NCBI GenBank assembly: GCA_902537725.1
Contig: CACBCD010000005.1
Location: 279-64,278 of the forward strand
Source of the DNA: an uncultured PS1 clade bacterium
Lineage (GTDB): Bacteria > Pseudomonadota > Alphaproteobacteria > MED-G09
Direction of reading: 5' to 3'
Length of the DNA: 64,000 bases
Shown: positions 62,272-64,000 of the stretch, in pieces
Position numbering within the stretch: position 1 is the stretch's first letter
Layout of the letters: every line of letters begins with the position of its first letter
Position numbers and translations under genes: made by a program
The notes under the pieces: model-generated
Database searches by the model: none
What the model saw: only the letters and a program-made list of their open reading frames with translations
What the model was told of the DNA's origin: nothing

Positions 62272-64000
62272 TTAGTCTTTTATCTTATTAATTAAAATTT
62301 TCTTCGCATCATCAATCTTATTTAAATCAGTTCCTCCTGCCAAAGCCATATCTCTTCTTCCACCTCCACCTTTGCCCTTCATTGTTTCTGAAACAACATT
62401 CACCAACTCAACAGAGTCATATTCATCTATTATATCATTAGTAACACCTATAGCTATTGTTACTTTTTTTTCTTCAGAGCTAATTAAACAAATAATCGAT
62501 TTTTCATAATCCTTTTTACATTCATCAATTAAACTTCTTAAGCTTTTACCGCTAACATTTTTTAAGGAATCAAAAAACAAACTGACCTCACCTAATTTTA
62601 TAATTTCACCATCTAAGATTTTTTTAGAAATAGTCTCTTCTGTTTTTTTATTTGATTTTTTATCCTCTTTGATTTTCTTTTGCTTTAATATTTTTTCAAG
62701 AAGTGTCTCTGTTGAATTCACCATTTTACCCGTAACCGCTTCTAATCTTCTTATTCCAGATGCAACAGAGCTTTGAGCTATTAACTTAAATGAACCAATT
62801 TCTTCAAGGGTATCAACGTGAGTACCACCACATAACTCAGTTGAAAAATTATCTTTACCCATGGATAGAACTCTTACTGTATCATCATACTTTTCACCAA
62901 ATAATGCTAAAGCTCCTTTTTCAACAGCATCATCATATGATAAAATTTCCGTTCTTACTTTTGAATTACTTTTTATTTGTTGATTAATAATTTCTTCAAC
63001 TTTGAATAAATCATCATATTCTATTGGATTATTATGACTAAAATCAAAACGCAATTTTTTTGCGGTAACTTGTGACCCTTTTTGTGTTACATGCTCCCCA
63101 AGAACTTGTCTCAACGCTTCATGGAGAAGGTGTGTTGAGGAATGATTAAGCTTTACTTTATTTCTGTGAGTTTCATCAATGCACAAGTCTAAAACATCAT
63201 TTTTAAAAATTTTACCTCTTTTTAAAACACCAATATGTGCATGAATATTATTAATTTTTTTCTTTGTATCAGTCACTGTGAATTCGATTTCTTTACCAGA
63301 AATTAACCCTATATCTCCAACCTGACCCCCACTCTCAGCGTAAAAAGGAGTTTGATTAAAAATTAAAATTGCTTCTTCACCCTCCTCAATATTATCAACG
63401 AGTTTATTATCTGAAATTATTGAAACAACTTCTGCAGATATTTGATTTTTTTCATAACCAAGGAATTCAGTTTCTTTATTAATTTCAGAAACTTTAAACC
63501 ATATTTCTTCAGTCTTTTTTTCACCTGAGCCAAGCCAGGATTTCTTTGCATCTTCTTTTTGTTTTTCCATTGCAAGGTCGAATTGGTCTTTATTTAGCGA
63601 TAATTCTTTATCTCTTAATAAATCCTCGGTTAGATCAATTGGAAATCCATAAGTATCATATAATTTAAAAGCAGTTTTACCGTCAAAAATGTCACCGGGG
63701 ACTAATAACCTGGACTCCTCTTCAAGAATTTTTAAACCTCTAGATAAAGTTGATAGAAATTTATCTTCTTCGTTATGCAAGGTTACACTTATTAATTTCT
63801 GCGCTCTTTTAAGTTCATTATAAGGGTTGTCCATAAGATTTATAATAAGTTTAGATAGATCAAATAATACAGGCTTATTAAATCCTAGCTTATGGGAATG
63901 ACGCATTGCCCTTCGCATTATTCTTCTCAATACATAGCCCCTACCCTCATTTGAGGGAATAACTCCATCTGCGATAAGAAAAGAAATAGATCTTAAGTGA
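62272..64000 (-). CDS. alaS: Alanine--tRNA ligase (N-terminal part lies beyond the window end)
   Basis: The frame continues open past 63930 to the window edge (…PSNEGRGYVLRRIMRRAMRH). C-terminal editing and DHHA1 regions are present. Confidence 0.85.
   Translation of the reverse strand, partial: HLRSISFLIADGVIPSNEGRGYVLRRIMRRAMRHSHKLGFNKPVLFDLSKLIINLMDNPYNELKRAQKLISVTLHNEEDKFLSTLSRGLKILEEESRLLVPGDIFDGKTAFKLYDTYGFPIDLTEDLLRDKELSLNKDQFDLAMEKQKEDAKKSWLGSGEKKTEEIWFKVSEINKETEFLGYEKNQISAEVVSIISDNKLVDNIEEGEEAILIFNQTPFYAESGGQVGDIGLISGKEIEFTVTDTKKKINNIHAHIGVLKRGKIFKNDVLDLCIDETHRNKVKLNHSSTHLLHEALRQVLGEHVTQKGSQVTAKKLRFDFSHNNPIEYDDLFKVEEIINQQIKSNSKVRTEILSYDDAVEKGALALFGEKYDDTVRVLSMGKDNFSTELCGGTHVDTLEEIGSFKLIAQSSVASGIRRLEAVTGKMVNSTETLLEKILKQKKIKEDKKSNKKTEETISKKILDGEIIKLGEVSLFFDSLKNVSGKSLRSLIDECKKDYEKSIICLISSEEKKVTIAIGVTNDIIDEYDSVELVNVVSETMKGKGGGGRRDMALAGGTDLNKIDDAKKILINKIKD

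Overview
This is an AT-rich window of roughly 30% GC with short intergenic spacers and many overlapping genes. It looks like a streamlined marine alphaproteobacterium, possibly SAR11/Pelagibacter-like; that is an inference from composition and gene content only. Core housekeeping genes include rlmB, fadD-like, thrS, yidD, cysS, folE, hisI, cysE, purB, map, purC-purS-purQ-purL, bolA-grxD, rpsD, icd and alaS. There is also a large oxidative catabolic cluster from about 19.5 to 35.6 kb (SDRs, a Rieske oxygenase, a Baeyer-Villiger monooxygenase (BVMO), an esterase, two P450s, a flavin reductase and a molybdenum-hydroxylase large subunit). The most notable feature is a roughly 13.2 kb accessory island (6291-19458) inserted at tRNA-Thr(UGU). 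It is bounded by 71-bp direct repeats of the tRNA 3' end, an intact tRNA on the left and a truncated copy on the right. Just inside both ends lies a conserved GTGCCA-N5-GTGCCAAGA motif. A decayed integrase N-terminus (MASITKRQNKWRAQ...) sits at the right end. Inside the island, a tightly overlapped minus-strand operon encodes what I recognise as a His-Xaa-Ser (Hxs) radical-SAM peptide-modification system. Its precursor HxsA carries an N-terminal signal peptide and seven C-terminal His-Xaa-Ser repeats. It is followed by HxsD, the SPASM radical-SAM enzyme HxsB and a second radical-SAM enzyme HxsC. The operon then continues without a break into two small membrane-anchored proteins, a MauG-like di-heme cytochrome c peroxidase, a MORN-repeat protein and further secreted proteins. 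This combination of cytoplasmic rSAM maturases with a periplasmic di-heme protein-modifying peroxidase around a His-rich secreted peptide is, as far as I know, uncharacterised. The same island also carries a Type II restriction-modification pair, a secreted thermonuclease-like nuclease and a GC-rich terminator-containing leader or ncRNA. Other observations are a cytochrome P450 disrupted by a frameshift in an A7 run, a tRNA-Leu(UAA) and several doubtful start sites.
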